From a virus (Duplodnaviria; Heunggongvirae; Uroviricota; Caudoviricetes), in the IMG/VR virus record IMGVR_UViG_3300037418_001222: a stretch of 64,000 nucleotides of DNA; one strand, given 5' to 3'. This document shows, one piece after another, positions 31,241 to 41,272 of this stretch. Positions within the stretch are counted from its first letter, which is position 1. Each line of letters starts with the position of its first letter. The position numbers were made by a program, and so were the translations under genes. The notes beneath the pieces were generated by a model, which did not search any database, had not been told where the DNA came from, and saw only the letters and a list, made by a program, of their open reading frames with translations.

Positions 31241-32584
31241 TTACATTAGATTTGCGACCGACGTTAGACGGTAGTAAACATTGGTACCAGCATTTAGAGC
31301 ACCAGAACCAACGGTTAGACCCTGAGCATATGGGTTTGCAACCATACCGTAACGAGTCTTGAATCCGATCTTTGGCTGGAAGCTCTCTGGATCCACTGCA
31401 CGAACCATCTGAAGTGGAACGTATGGGCAATAGAAGATACCAGCATCGGTGAAGTTTGCACCCTTATATCCAACAGTGATATAGTTACCACCAATTGCAT
31501 ATGGATCGATGTAAACCTTGATTCTACCGTTTAGAACACCAACGAAGGTATTACCGGTATCATCAACCTGCATGTTGTTATTACGATCGAGAGCTGGAGT
31601 GTAATCTAGAACACCGGCCATCTGAAGAGCTGAAGCTACGTCAGCCGAACAGAGAACGATGTTACCCTTACCTCTACGAGTCTCTTTTGCAATAATGTTG
31701 CATTCACGCTCAAGCTGGAACATTAGACCCTTAAACTTCTCAACTGACCAACGGCCGTTAGCGTCGGTGTCAAGATCGAAAGTACCTGCAGTAGCAGTAT
31801 CGGTCTGTGAACCTGGCTTTGCGACGATGTTAATCGTACGAACAACTTCACGGTTAATCTCGGCGAGAATTTCCGTTGAGAGGATGTTTGAGAGTTCTGT
31901 CTCAGCATCTAGACCGTGAACAGCCTTAAGATCCTGTGCGAGTTCCATGGTGTACTCAGCCTTTAGAGCACGTCCCTTAGCGGTAACCGTGACCTTCTCG
32001 ATGCTGAATGCCATCTCGGCAAAAGCTGAGTTAGAATCGGTTCCTAGAGCTTCGAGCTGTGCCGTGCTCATACCAGAACCAGTGTTATACGTATTGGTTA
32101 CACCGGTTGGAAGCTGACCAACGTGATTCTGACCAACTGTGTTATTACCAGAAACAACAGATGAGAAAGCGGTGTTAACTTCATTGTAGAAGTTCTCGTT
32201 TCCTGTCTGGCTAGTGTAACGTGATCTCATCGCGAAGATAAGACCGGTTGGACCACTCATTGGCTGCACGCCGCATAGATCATATGCCAATAGGTTTGGC
32301 ATAGCACGACGTACTAGAGAGATTAGGATTGGGTCGAATGCTGCGATATTACCGCCAGTTCCTGCATTCGCTGAAGATGTACCCCAGTAGTTTGCTGGGA
32401 TTGGAGCTTCAGTTAGAAGGTTTGATGACTGACCGTGTGCTGCATCTTCCATAAGAGCACGCTCAGTGTTCTCAAGAAGCTGAGCAGTTACGGCACGACG
32501 ATATGGATCTGAAATAGGAGCCAGGTCTTCGTGCTCAAGAATTGGCTGCCACTTCCTGCGAGTTTCCTCAGCTAAGTTAAACAT
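31241..32584 (-). CDS. gp23: Major capsid protein
   Basis: KWQPILE, FDPILISLVRRAMPNL, GVQPMSGPTGLIFAMR, ELAQDLKAVHGLDAE, FQPKIGFKTRYG. Confidence 0.99.
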   Translation of the reverse strand: MFNLAEETRRKWQPILEHEDLAPISDPYRRAVTAQLLENTERALMEDAAHGQSSNLLTEAPIPANYWGTSSANAGTGGNIAAFDPILISLVRRAMPNLLAYDLCGVQPMSGPTGLIFAMRSRYTSQTGNENFYNEVNTAFSSVVSGNNTVGQNHVGQLPTGVTNTYNTGSGMSTAQLEALGTDSNSAFAEMAFSIEKVTVTAKGRALKAEYTMELAQDLKAVHGLDAETELSNILSTEILAEINREVVRTINIVAKPGSQTDTATAGTFDLDTDANGRWSVEKFKGLMFQLERECNIIAKETRRGKGNIVLCSADVASALQMAGVLDYTPALDRNNNMQVDDTGNTFVGVLNGRIKVYIDPYAIGGNYITVGYKGANFTDAGIFYCPYVPLQMVRAVDPESFQPKIGFKTRYGMVANPYAQGLTVGSGALNAGTNVYYRLTSVANLM

Positions 32585-32617
32585 TTAGTGCTCCCTTTAT
32601 TCCTTGGGTGTTTTTGA

Positions 32618-32625
32618 TATTTATA
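32618..32625 (-). promoter_or_regulatory. T4-type late promoter for gp23
   Basis: TATAAATA. Confidence 0.85.
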
Positions 32626-32643
32626 ACTCAGCAATTCTTAAGA

Positions 32644-33651
32644 TTAAAACTTACGAACGCTGCGTGAAATTGACTCAACATAACGGTTTATTTCAGGTGC
32701 TAGCACACGAGGAGCATTGCTCTTGTCTGCGGCCTCTGGATCACTCTCTTCAGTTAGAATACCGGTCTTATTCGCAGGAGCTTTTTCCTTTGATTCCGAC
32801 AGGTTCTTCTTAAGTAGTTCGACCTTGGTCTTGAACGCATCAAGATCACCGTCAAATTCGACACTTTCACTTAGTGAACGAAGCTTCTCGGCCGAAGTGA
32901 GGGCCATTCCCTCGCATACAGCGTCAACAACATCATTCTTTTTAGTCTCAAGAAGTTCTTTCTTGAGGTTTGCTGCTTCGGTAATAGCCTCATCTAGCTT
33001 ACCCTCAAGCGCAATGACTTGATCAGCTAGCTCTTCTACTACTTCAACCTTCTCCTCTGGCATATTTACATAGTGCTCAGCAAAGAGATTCTTTAGACCA
33101 TCAATGAAGTCTTCCATGACCTCATTACGTAGAGAAGTCTCAATAGCTACCTCATTATCCTCGAGCCACTGCTCAACGACATAATCAAGATAGGTCTCGA
33201 TCTTCTCGGCCATTTCCTTTTGAATTTCGGTGTATGCTTCCTCGAGGTTCTGATTAGCAGCCTCAATAATCTGCTCACGCTCGATGACTAGACGAGTCTC
33301 AAGTGCCGCTTCAAATAGAGAAGCTACGTTAGTCTTAAGCTCTTCTGAAAGTTCTTCACCCTCTCCAAAAATGGTAGCTAGGTCGGCCTTAACAGCCTCA
33401 CCAACAGCGGCAGATGGTTTCATGTTAAGAGAAGCCTTATTAGAAGCAGAAGCATCTGGTGCTCCACCGCCATTCTGTGAGCTATTCTTATCATCCACCT
33501 GAGCTAGGGTGTCATTTAGAAAGTGTGAAAGGTCCTCAATACCTAGGCCCGCGAGCTTCGCAAGCGCCGCTCCTAGCATTTGAGACTTATTGTGCTGCGG
33601 AATCTTAATGGTATTTGCAGCCATTGAGTCTTCATGTACTTGCTTCGTCAT
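32644..33651 (-). CDS. gp22: Prohead core scaffolding protein
   Basis: LSEE.K....LFEAA, YLDYVVEQWLEDN, F..GLKNLFAEHY; syntenic position. Confidence 0.93.
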   Translation of the reverse strand: MTKQVHEDSMAANTIKIPQHNKSQMLGAALAKLAGLGIEDLSHFLNDTLAQVDDKNSSQNGGGAPDASASNKASLNMKPSAAVGEAVKADLATIFGEGEELSEELKTNVASLFEAALETRLVIEREQIIEAANQNLEEAYTEIQKEMAEKIETYLDYVVEQWLEDNEVAIETSLRNEVMEDFIDGLKNLFAEHYVNMPEEKVEVVEELADQVIALEGKLDEAITEAANLKKELLETKKNDVVDAVCEGMALTSAEKLRSLSESVEFDGDLDAFKTKVELLKKNLSESKEKAPANKTGILTEESDPEAADKSNAPRVLAPEINRYVESISRSVRKF

Positions 33652-33680
33652 CGAAGGTGTCTCCTATAGGAATTTTCTAA

Positions 33681-33688
33681 TATTTATA
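33681..33688 (-). promoter_or_regulatory. T4-type late promoter for gp22
   Basis: TATAAATA. Confidence 0.85.
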
Positions 33689-33699
33689 AACGCGTTGAT

Positions 33700-34371
33700 T
33701 TAACGCTTCTTATTCGTAAGAGTGTTGAGGTATATTTCGAAAAGCTTAATCTTGTTCTCATTTATCTTCTTGGCTGGCATCTTCTTCATCTCTTCCTGAA
33801 TGCGAGCAATTCCTTGCTCGGCCCAAGTACCAGAGACGGCGTCAAACATCCAAGAGCGTCCTTCCATGATTCCATTCACAAAAGCATCTGGAGCCGAAGG
33901 ATCGGCTACAACATCTGCTAGAGTTGCTAGACGAAAATCTGGTTGAACTCTTTGAATACCCTCTTCAACTTTAAGAGTTCCCATACCACGAGATGAAACA
34001 CCAAGTTGAGCTCCATCTGATAGAAGTCCCTCAACCTGCTTACCCATAATGGTATTGGTCATGACACGAGCCTTACCGATGAAGTTGTGTCCATCACGTC
34101 TAACCGATTCGTGAAGAATACATACTCGATCTAGATTGATAGTTGGGCCTTGTGGGTGACCAAGCTCACCGAATGCTCTTTTGGTTTCAATATGTTCTTT
34201 GGTATAACGATTAATCTCGTTCTCTAGAAGATCAGCATCATACCAGCGACCATTTCTGTTCTTAAGGTTGCCCTGAAGGAAGATGCCCTCGAGATAGAGC
34301 TTCTTCTTTCCTTCCGCTGATTCTTCGATGATAAACTTCGAATCTTCGATGTTCTCGCAGATTAGAAACAT
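33700..34371 (-). CDS. gp21: Prohead maturation protease
   Basis: LEGIFLQG..KNRNGR.Y, AFGELGHP, LGVSSRGMG, DVVADPSAPDAFV. Confidence 0.97.
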   Translation of the reverse strand: MFLICENIEDSKFIIEESAEGKKKLYLEGIFLQGNLKNRNGRWYDADLLENEINRYTKEHIETKRAFGELGHPQGPTINLDRVCILHESVRRDGHNFIGKARVMTNTIMGKQVEGLLSDGAQLGVSSRGMGTLKVEEGIQRVQPDFRLATLADVVADPSAPDAFVNGIMEGRSWMFDAVSGTWAEQGIARIQEEMKKMPAKKINENKIKLFEIYLNTLTNKKR

Positions 34372-34385
34372 TGCTCTATTACTCC

Positions 34386-34610
34386 TTAGTTTAGACCCAC
34401 GATATTCGTAGCAGTGGTTCCTGTAGACTTGACCATGTCCACTTCAATCCAAAGAGTTGTGCCTGCTGGAACTGCCTTAAACGTTACCGAATTACCATCG
34501 GCTAACATTTGAACAGCAACATCACCAGCGCCTCCTACATAGAGTGCTCTATATTTTACAATAGTAGAATCACTAGCAGTAACTGCAATGGCGTGCCTAA
34601 AAGTCATCAT
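34386..34610 (-). CDS. Head-spike base protein (RcGTA Rcc01079-like)
   Basis: RALYVGGAGDVAV...VTF..VPAG..L.I.V..V..TGTTAT.IV.L pattern. Confidence 0.7.
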   Translation of the reverse strand: MMTFRHAIAVTASDSTIVKYRALYVGGAGDVAVQMLADGNSVTFKAVPAGTTLWIEVDMVKSTGTTATNIVGLN

Positions 34611-34630
34611 TGGATTATATTCCTTTTCGA

Positions 34631-34638
34631 TATTTATA
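34631..34638 (-). promoter_or_regulatory. T4-type late promoter
   Basis: TATAAATA upstream of the spike-base gene and gp21. Confidence 0.8.
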
Positions 34639-34843
34639 GGGCGCTAACTTTTGCCGCTTGAATGGCCGCATTCTTATCAGAATAAGTTCCGCCAACTCTA
34701 GTAAAAGTATTCTTGGAAGTGTTCCACTTGAATCTTGCAAAGAACTTCTTATTGATACGTCTCACATACCACTTAGACTTACCAGCCCGTGGATCTCCAG
34801 TGTCGAATGATTCGGCTAGAATATGCGAGAGTGGTTTCGACAA
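34634..34843 (-). CDS. Small basic protein in the gp68/internal-protein position
   Basis: ORF track; N-terminal ILAE resembles a gp21 cleavage site. Confidence 0.6.
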   Translation of the reverse strand: MSKPLSHILAESFDTGDPRAGKSKWYVRRINKKFFARFKWNTSKNTFTRVGGTYSDKNAAIQAAKVSAL

Positions 34844-35185
34844 TTAGTCCTCCGTATTATCTGGATCTACTTCTTCTTCGTCTGATTCTTCTTCATCGGC
34901 ATCCAAATTGTCAGTCTCGACTTCTTGGTCCTGAGGTCCAAAAATAGCTTGAGCGACTTCATCACGTTTCCTTTCAACTGCATTTTGTAGACGATCGGCG
35001 AGTCCTAGCTTGATTTGATTCTCGAACTCTAGAGGCTCTCCATTTAGAGCATGAGCTACAGCAGCCGAAGGATCAAACCCAACTTCACCAACCTCGATTG
35101 TATCACTAGTAATGTTTCCATCCTTATCTAGAGTAGTTACTACTGCATCTGGTGATGGAACTTCATCTTCTTTAACTTCAGACAT
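34844..35185 (-). CDS. Acidic prohead core protein (gp67-like position)
   Basis: Very acidic 113 aa directly downstream of the portal gene. Confidence 0.65.
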   Translation of the reverse strand: MSEVKEDEVPSPDAVVTTLDKDGNITSDTIEVGEVGFDPSAAVAHALNGEPLEFENQIKLGLADRLQNAVERKRDEVAQAIFGPQDQEVETDNLDADEEESDEEEVDPDNTED

Positions 35186-36792
35186 TATTTCTTTCCTTCT
35201 TCAGGCATTGGAGGCAATTCAGGAGATTCTCCAAAACCATTTTGGTCTGGATCAAGAACTGCCGTATTATATTGCGGGTTAAGTAGTTCTTCTGCGATCT
35301 CTTTATCTAGTGTCTCTATTTCTTCATCATCTTGACGTAGAACATTCTTTCTCACCCATCTCCATGAGACCGCTCTACCAATATATGGGAATATTTCTGT
35401 CAAGAGCTGGTAGCGATTATTTAGAATTTCACTTTCTTTTAGCTCGGCGAAATAGTTATCCCTAGCGAATCTAAACTTAATATCATCTTTGATAGCTATC
35501 CAGTCATCGTAAGTAGCGATTTCTTTTAGGAGAATCTGCTTCTCCATAAGATCTAAGAACAACTTAGTAAATCTGGTACGAAGTCTATCGATAAATTTAG
35601 CGAACTTGATCTCATCTCTACTGATCTGAGTAGCTCTACCAATGTCAAACATTGCTTCTGAATCTAGACGAGTGACTGGAACGTTTAGAGCTCTATAGAG
35701 CTGTTTCTGGAAGTATAGAACATCATCCATTTCTCCAAGATTCTGACCACCCTTAAGAGTGTCGACTTGAGTTCCTCTGCCACCTTCTCTTCGAGGAAGC
35801 CAGAAGTCCTCTAACATAGTCATATATTTTCTATCGTCCCTGATCTCGCCGGTTCCGGCGTCATAGACGAGCTTGTTCTTATATTTGGTCATGATATCTT
35901 TGACGTACTGTTCGGCCTTCATCTTTGGAAGGTTTCCAACGTCAATATACCATACTCTACGCTCCGGAGCTCTCGATAGTCTATAGATGATTGCGGCATT
36001 CTCTAGAGTTCTAAGCTGGTTAACCTCTCTAAGAGCCTTCTGAAGGTAAGACAAAACTAGTAAGCCATTGGAATCAGTCATTCCAGAGCTAATCATTACA
36101 ATTGAGTCTCTAGCAATCTTTAGACCAGAAGTAACTCCAGGTTGTGTTCCCATTCCAGCCGTAGTATTCTTTGTAGAGAATCCTTTCTCATTATAAACGT
36201 AGTACTCATTGATGACCTTAGTCATGGTGGCTTCACCCTGAGCACCCTTAATAGGAGTTCTCTGAATCTCTCTAACCTTCCTGATCTTTCTAGGATCAAG
36301 ATATCTAAGTGCTTTTATTCCAGCCTTAGGATCATTTGGATCAGTAATAACGTGATAGTAGAGTCTTCCATCAATATACCAGCGTCTGAAAACATCATAC
36401 GGCTGAGTCAGGAACTCTAGCTTCTTTAGAATTTCTTTAAATTCTGCGATAAGAACTTGTTTTACCTTATCCGAAATTTGAACATCATCAAGGACTAAAT
36501 CTACTACATCTTGATCTTCGTCAAGTGTAATAGCCTCATTTACTATCTCGTCGATAGCCGAATCAACCTCCGGCTGTTGAGAAACTTCTCTATATTTTGT
36601 GATTAGGTCCGCTTCATTTCTAACTATTCCGTCTAGATCTAAAACGGTTGAGTATGCACCAAATCCTGCTGGGGTTGGTGTTACGATAAGAGCGCCGTCA
36701 TCATCATTCGGTGGAGCAAATGACGTAACACTACTGTCTACTTGAGTTTTTCTCTTAAACTCGAATCCAAATAACTCCAACGTAATCTCCAT
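35185..36792 (-). CDS. gp20: Portal vertex protein
   Basis: ELFGF, PEVDSAIDEIVNEAI, WYIDGR, IYRLSRAPERR..YIDVGNLPK.KAEQY, EDFWLPRREGGRGT; true start may be the TTG at 36780 (GGAG SD). Confidence 0.98.
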   Translation of the reverse strand: MEITLELFGFEFKRKTQVDSSVTSFAPPNDDDGALIVTPTPAGFGAYSTVLDLDGIVRNEADLITKYREVSQQPEVDSAIDEIVNEAITLDEDQDVVDLVLDDVQISDKVKQVLIAEFKEILKKLEFLTQPYDVFRRWYIDGRLYYHVITDPNDPKAGIKALRYLDPRKIRKVREIQRTPIKGAQGEATMTKVINEYYVYNEKGFSTKNTTAGMGTQPGVTSGLKIARDSIVMISSGMTDSNGLLVLSYLQKALREVNQLRTLENAAIIYRLSRAPERRVWYIDVGNLPKMKAEQYVKDIMTKYKNKLVYDAGTGEIRDDRKYMTMLEDFWLPRREGGRGTQVDTLKGGQNLGEMDDVLYFQKQLYRALNVPVTRLDSEAMFDIGRATQISRDEIKFAKFIDRLRTRFTKLFLDLMEKQILLKEIATYDDWIAIKDDIKFRFARDNYFAELKESEILNNRYQLLTEIFPYIGRAVSWRWVRKNVLRQDDEEIETLDKEIAEELLNPQYNTAVLDPDQNGFGESPELPPMPEEGKK

Positions 36793-36797
36793 ATAAT

Positions 36798-36821
36798 AAA
36801 AGGGGCGCGATGGCCCCTTTT
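36798..36821. terminator. Bidirectional-type terminator hairpin between gp19 and gp20
   Basis: AAAAGGGGC...GCCCCTTTT. Confidence 0.75.
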
Positions 36822-36850
36822 ACGTGTATTCAAAAGCGGCACCTTTGAGG

Positions 36851-36858
36851 TATTTATT
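36851..36858 (-). promoter_or_regulatory. Late promoter variant upstream of gp20
   Basis: AATAAATA. Confidence 0.55.
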
Positions 36859-36864
36859 TACCTC

Positions 36865-37428
36865 TTAAAGAATGCTCGATCCACCATTCTGAGTCGTACT
36901 ACCAGCTGGAATTGGAAGCCACCAGTCGAATGAGAATGTTACATCAAACATTTCAATTTGGTTCTTAGCATTCCAGTTTAGTTCAATTGGACCAATTACT
37001 GTTGGGAATATTCCAACCATTTCATACTGGCGAAGAACTCCGCCTTCCTTACCGAACTGGGTGATTACGGCTTCACTCTTATAGAGTCTGTCTCTACGAA
37101 GGTTTCCAACCATAGAGTTCTGAATGGTTGACCAGCTTTCTAGCATATCTCTAATAGCAAAGTCTTCATCATTAATGACTGAGACATTCCAATCAGGAAA
37201 TGTTCTATCTCCCGAAACCTTAATCTCACGACCAAAGTATCCTACTGGAACTGATTCAACAATAGCTGGTGGAATCTGAGAACCTTGGCAAAGGAGCTTT
37301 AGTTTCTCGATAGTTCCATTGTTTGCGATTCCAGATGGAGGACTATTGATCTCGATCTGGAATAAAGTTGGACGAGCGCCGTGGAACTGGAGACCCCTCG
37401 ACTTAAAGTCCTGTACGTTGAAAGCCAT
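36865..37428 (-). CDS. gp19: Tail tube protein
   Basis: GARPTLF, YFGREIK.SGDRTFPDW..SVINDEDF, G.FPT. Confidence 0.96.
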   Translation of the reverse strand: MAFNVQDFKSRGLQFHGARPTLFQIEINSPPSGIANNGTIEKLKLLCQGSQIPPAIVESVPVGYFGREIKVSGDRTFPDWNVSVINDEDFAIRDMLESWSTIQNSMVGNLRRDRLYKSEAVITQFGKEGGVLRQYEMVGIFPTVIGPIELNWNAKNQIEMFDVTFSFDWWLPIPAGSTTQNGGSSIL

Positions 37429-37448
37429 TTATGTTCTCCTATGCTCCG

Positions 37449-37456
37449 TATTTATT
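37449..37456 (-). promoter_or_regulatory. Late promoter variant for gp19
   Basis: AATAAATA. Confidence 0.65.
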
Positions 37457-39485
37457 AAAACTGTCCAACGATTTCATTGAATGAAACGGTTCCATTGACA
37501 GCCACGAAGTTTAGCTGAATTCCTCTGATTGCTCTAGCTGGTTTAATGTAGATATCACCAACAAACTGCTCCGACTGAACAACTTCGTCAGTGTTATTTG
37601 AGCTATCGCAGACAACCTGGAAGTCAAGAATACCTCTACGACCCATGATGTCTCTTAGGAATGGAACAACTCTATTTCTGAATGCTGCTTGGGTGAAGTC
37701 ATCATTGAACTCAAAGAGCATGAACTTAGCGTCTGTAGCAATTGCCTTCTCAAGGACAATAAAGAGTCTACGAACATTAATAGCTCTGAAAGCAGAATTC
37801 TGCTTAAGAAGAGTTCTATCATCGAATAGGAAGGTTCCCTCACCTCTTTCAGAAATTACCGCATTAACAGATGCACTAGATAGTGAATCTCTTACTCCGG
37901 CTGGTGGATTATATGCAAGAGCAGTTACGTTCTTGATCTGTCCACGATTATATCCAGCGAATGACCACCATGCGTCTCTCGTCTGATCAGTTCTAGCGGC
38001 AAGTCCAGCGATGTCTCCGTTTAGAGGAATCCAACGATAGATATCATTGTACTTATCGTATTGCTTCTTATAGCCAGAATCTAGGAACGCATATGAACTT
38101 GGACGAAGATCACCAGCAAAGCTTAATAGATCATTTAGCTCATTTCCTACATTGCTAACTACGGCCTCCTGTGGAGGAGATGCAAATACAACGCAGTCCT
38201 TACGTGATTCAGAGATATTATCGATCAAATAATTGATATGAGTAGCTCCATCAGCCTCTCTTGCCTTACCAGCAAGAACGAAAGAAATATCTACTGTGGT
38301 TGGATCCTTGAATAGATCATAACCTTGAGCAATCTGACTGAATGCGATAGAACTTTCGTCATCACCGTCTGTTCCATCTACTAGTCTTAAGCTTAGAGCT
38401 TCGGTAGTAGAAGCAGAAGCTACTAGAGCTGCATTAGCTGAGTCAGCACCTGTTCTATCATTTGCCCACCATAGATATTGTGAATTTTCGTTGATTACAG
38501 TCTTGTAGTAATTAACCTCATTATCTGCAGTCTTAGCATCAGTTGCTCTTGAGAGACCAGAATAGACCTCAAGAACCTGTCCAGGAGCTCCAGAGAATGC
38601 ACCACCATCATCAACTACAACTAGGTGTAGTTCATCAGCTGCTGCTGTGTTTCCAAAGTTAGCAACGTATTGTGACGTGCCTGGAGCTGCTCTTACTAAG
38701 TTATAGAATTCCCAATAACGATTAATCGTATTAGAAGACCAATTGGTGTGGATCTTATATGGAGTTGCTAATGTAAGTGGGAAAGATGAAATTGTAGAGT
38801 TACCAGTAACACTTCCAATGCTTGCAATCTTTACATACTGAGTTCCGATGGTGTTATTTCCAACTAGGATATTGTCACCAACCTGTAGTTCTCCCTGAAT
38901 TGCGTATGCCTGAGCGTTTGCTTCGCTCTGAGTACCATTTCCAGTAAATCCGAAAGAAACAACAGCAGTAGTTGAGCCAACAGTGAATGCAATATTCGAA
39001 GTTGTAGCGATATCAGCATTAGCGATAAGATTAATATTCGTGTTGAACGCTTCGGCGCTATCACAAACAGAAACTCTTAGAGAGTTACCCATATCTCCTG
39101 GATACTTAGCCACATATGCTACGTTAGCAGAGAATGTTATTCCTGCATCATAAGCAGCTTTGTTATTAACCGTCTGAGTTGCTGCATTTGGAGCTGAATC
39201 TCCAGGGAACACTGCCATAGCAGAAGTTCCTGTGGTCACACGAACCGTATGCAGAGTGTTTGAATAAGCAAGAAAGTTTGCTGCAGTGAACCATGTCTCT
39301 GCATTTAGGTTAGTTGGCTTCTGGAAAGTTGATACGAGCTCAGGCTCTGAAGTGACAGTAATCACTTCATTTACTGGACCCCAACGGAATACACCTGAGA
39401 TAGCTGCCTCAGAGGTCGAAACTTGTGGAATTCCAGTTGAAGCGTCGATCTCAGATACAACCACCTTTGGACTGATTATGAACAT
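37455..39485 (-). CDS. gp18: Tail sheath protein
   Basis: SP.V...EID, F.WGP, WIPLNGDIAGL.ARTD, INVRRLFI, FVGDIYIKPARAI. Confidence 0.97.
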   Translation of the reverse strand: MFIISPKVVVSEIDASTGIPQVSTSEAAISGVFRWGPVNEVITVTSEPELVSTFQKPTNLNAETWFTAANFLAYSNTLHTVRVTTGTSAMAVFPGDSAPNAATQTVNNKAAYDAGITFSANVAYVAKYPGDMGNSLRVSVCDSAEAFNTNINLIANADIATTSNIAFTVGSTTAVVSFGFTGNGTQSEANAQAYAIQGELQVGDNILVGNNTIGTQYVKIASIGSVTGNSTISSFPLTLATPYKIHTNWSSNTINRYWEFYNLVRAAPGTSQYVANFGNTAAADELHLVVVDDGGAFSGAPGQVLEVYSGLSRATDAKTADNEVNYYKTVINENSQYLWWANDRTGADSANAALVASASTTEALSLRLVDGTDGDDESSIAFSQIAQGYDLFKDPTTVDISFVLAGKAREADGATHINYLIDNISESRKDCVVFASPPQEAVVSNVGNELNDLLSFAGDLRPSSYAFLDSGYKKQYDKYNDIYRWIPLNGDIAGLAARTDQTRDAWWSFAGYNRGQIKNVTALAYNPPAGVRDSLSSASVNAVISERGEGTFLFDDRTLLKQNSAFRAINVRRLFIVLEKAIATDAKFMLFEFNDDFTQAAFRNRVVPFLRDIMGRRGILDFQVVCDSSNNTDEVVQSEQFVGDIYIKPARAIRGIQLNFVAVNGTVSFNEIVGQF

Positions 39486-39525
39486 GGGATTCTCCTTTAT
39501 CGCCCAATCTTCTAATAGTTTCTAG

Positions 39526-39533
39526 TATTTATA
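39526..39533 (-). promoter_or_regulatory. T4-type late promoter for gp18
   Basis: TATAAATA. Confidence 0.85.
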
Positions 39534-39544
39534 GAATAAAGGTC

Positions 39545-41272
39545 TTACCACGAACCCATCCAGTTCCATCCTGGGGGTGGTGCTGGCTCCTCATGTTCAC
39601 TCGCATCGTGTGTGTCGATAAATCCAAATGGAGTTAAGTCATTTTCGATCTCTTCGTCGGTTTTATCTCTTAGTCTCATTAGAGTATTGATATCGGTGTG
39701 TTCTTTAAAGAATGGCTGTTGCGTCATCCACGCAAAGAACACCAGTCCCATTGCTAGGTCATCGTGTTTTCCTGGCTCAGCTTGATATTGCTTTCCCTTC
39801 TTAGAGAATGTTGAGAGCTCGTGAATAGTTTCATAATCATTAATGATTAGCTGCTGCTGCTCGATGAGCAACTTAAGCATAGCACACCCTGTAGCTTTAA
39901 CTGGTGTAGTGGTTCTGAGACCCATGTCTAGTCCCTTTCCACCAAATCCGCTAGTGATTCGCTTTCCTGCTCTACCTGCATTCTCGGTGAACAGAAGACC
40001 TTCATATTCATATTCCTCCCAGAGAATACGCGCGAGTTCTTCACCAAGGTCATTCAACTCAATTAGACATACAGCGTTATTATATGACTTCATTGTGGCC
40101 AGTAGGAACTTAGCATAATCTGGAGGCGGAAGTTCATTGTTCCTGAATGCTACTACCTGCTGATATGGCATTTGAGTTACATCGATTATGCTAAACGCGG
40201 AATAATCTAGACCCTTTCCTCTAGAACAGTCAATCATTGTTACATAGAGGTGATTTGCCTGTGGCTCAAAATACTTAAACAATCCCTCTTTCTGATAGAT
40301 AGGTGTCCTATGAACCATACACTTAAGAGCAGCACCAGATATAAGAGTGCTCGATGAGCCAATGAATGAGACACAGTATTCCTGCTCGAATTTCTCGGTG
40401 TCATTGGACATACCCGCGAGAACTTCTTGTCTCCAGTTCTCGTCTCTACCAGGAACGTCATACCACATGACTTTGATAGGATTGTAATTATTACGGCGAG
40501 CTTCTTCTCTAACCGTTCCATCCTCCTGTACTCCAGTTTCAACCCAGAGCTTATGGAAGTGATTAAGTCCATTTGGAGTAGAGACGAGTACGATCTTGGT
40601 TGACTTACCAGACGAAATAGTAGGGAAGACCGAAGTAAAGAACTCATCCCAGCCCTCAATGAAGGCCGCCTCATCGATGAACAGCATGTTGATGGTGTAA
40701 CCACGAATGTTATCACTAGACGTCGAACCAGCAAGAACACGTGATCCATTCTCCACAAGAATAGAACCCTTGTTCCACTCGACTATTCCCTGTTGTAACC
40801 ACTTTGGAAGATACTGATAGGCGAGCTGAACACGTCCAAGAATTTCTCGAGCAGTATCTCCTTTGTTAGCTAGTAGAGCTACGGTCTTTTCCTTGTTGAA
40901 TAGGATATACCAAAGGATGAATCCGCAAGTAGTAGTTGATTTTCCAGCCTGACGTGCGGTAGCAATGATAGACATACGATTGTCTGCCATTGATCTAACC
41001 ATGTCTTTCTGATAGTCATATAGATTGAAGTTAACGAGACCATGGTCAACGTTAATGATCTTCATATATGTTTCAATGAAGTAGATAGGATCTTGAGAGC
41101 ACTTCATGTACTCTTCAATTCTCTCCTGAGTCCATTCAATTGCTTCTCCAACCCTCTTTAGGTTTGGATTTCCGAAATAACCCTTAGCGATAGTAATATC
41201 ATCGACAGGTGCGGTTAGCCTGTAGGGTACATCACCTGGATTATCATCGTCTTCTAAGTCTTCTTTACTCAT
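39545..41272 (-). CDS. gp17: Terminase large subunit
   Basis: Y.GNPNLK, ARQAGKST, FIDEAAFI, VSTPNGLNHF, HDDLAM; start moved to the ATG at 41272. Confidence 0.97.
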   Translation of the reverse strand: MSKEDLEDDDNPGDVPYRLTAPVDDITIAKGYFGNPNLKRVGEAIEWTQERIEEYMKCSQDPIYFIETYMKIINVDHGLVNFNLYDYQKDMVRSMADNRMSIIATARQAGKSTTTCGFILWYILFNKEKTVALLANKGDTAREILGRVQLAYQYLPKWLQQGIVEWNKGSILVENGSRVLAGSTSSDNIRGYTINMLFIDEAAFIEGWDEFFTSVFPTISSGKSTKIVLVSTPNGLNHFHKLWVETGVQEDGTVREEARRNNYNPIKVMWYDVPGRDENWRQEVLAGMSNDTEKFEQEYCVSFIGSSSTLISGAALKCMVHRTPIYQKEGLFKYFEPQANHLYVTMIDCSRGKGLDYSAFSIIDVTQMPYQQVVAFRNNELPPPDYAKFLLATMKSYNNAVCLIELNDLGEELARILWEEYEYEGLLFTENAGRAGKRITSGFGGKGLDMGLRTTTPVKATGCAMLKLLIEQQQLIINDYETIHELSTFSKKGKQYQAEPGKHDDLAMGLVFFAWMTQQPFFKEHTDINTLMRLRDKTDEEIENDLTPFGFIDTHDASEHEEPAPPPGWNWMGSW

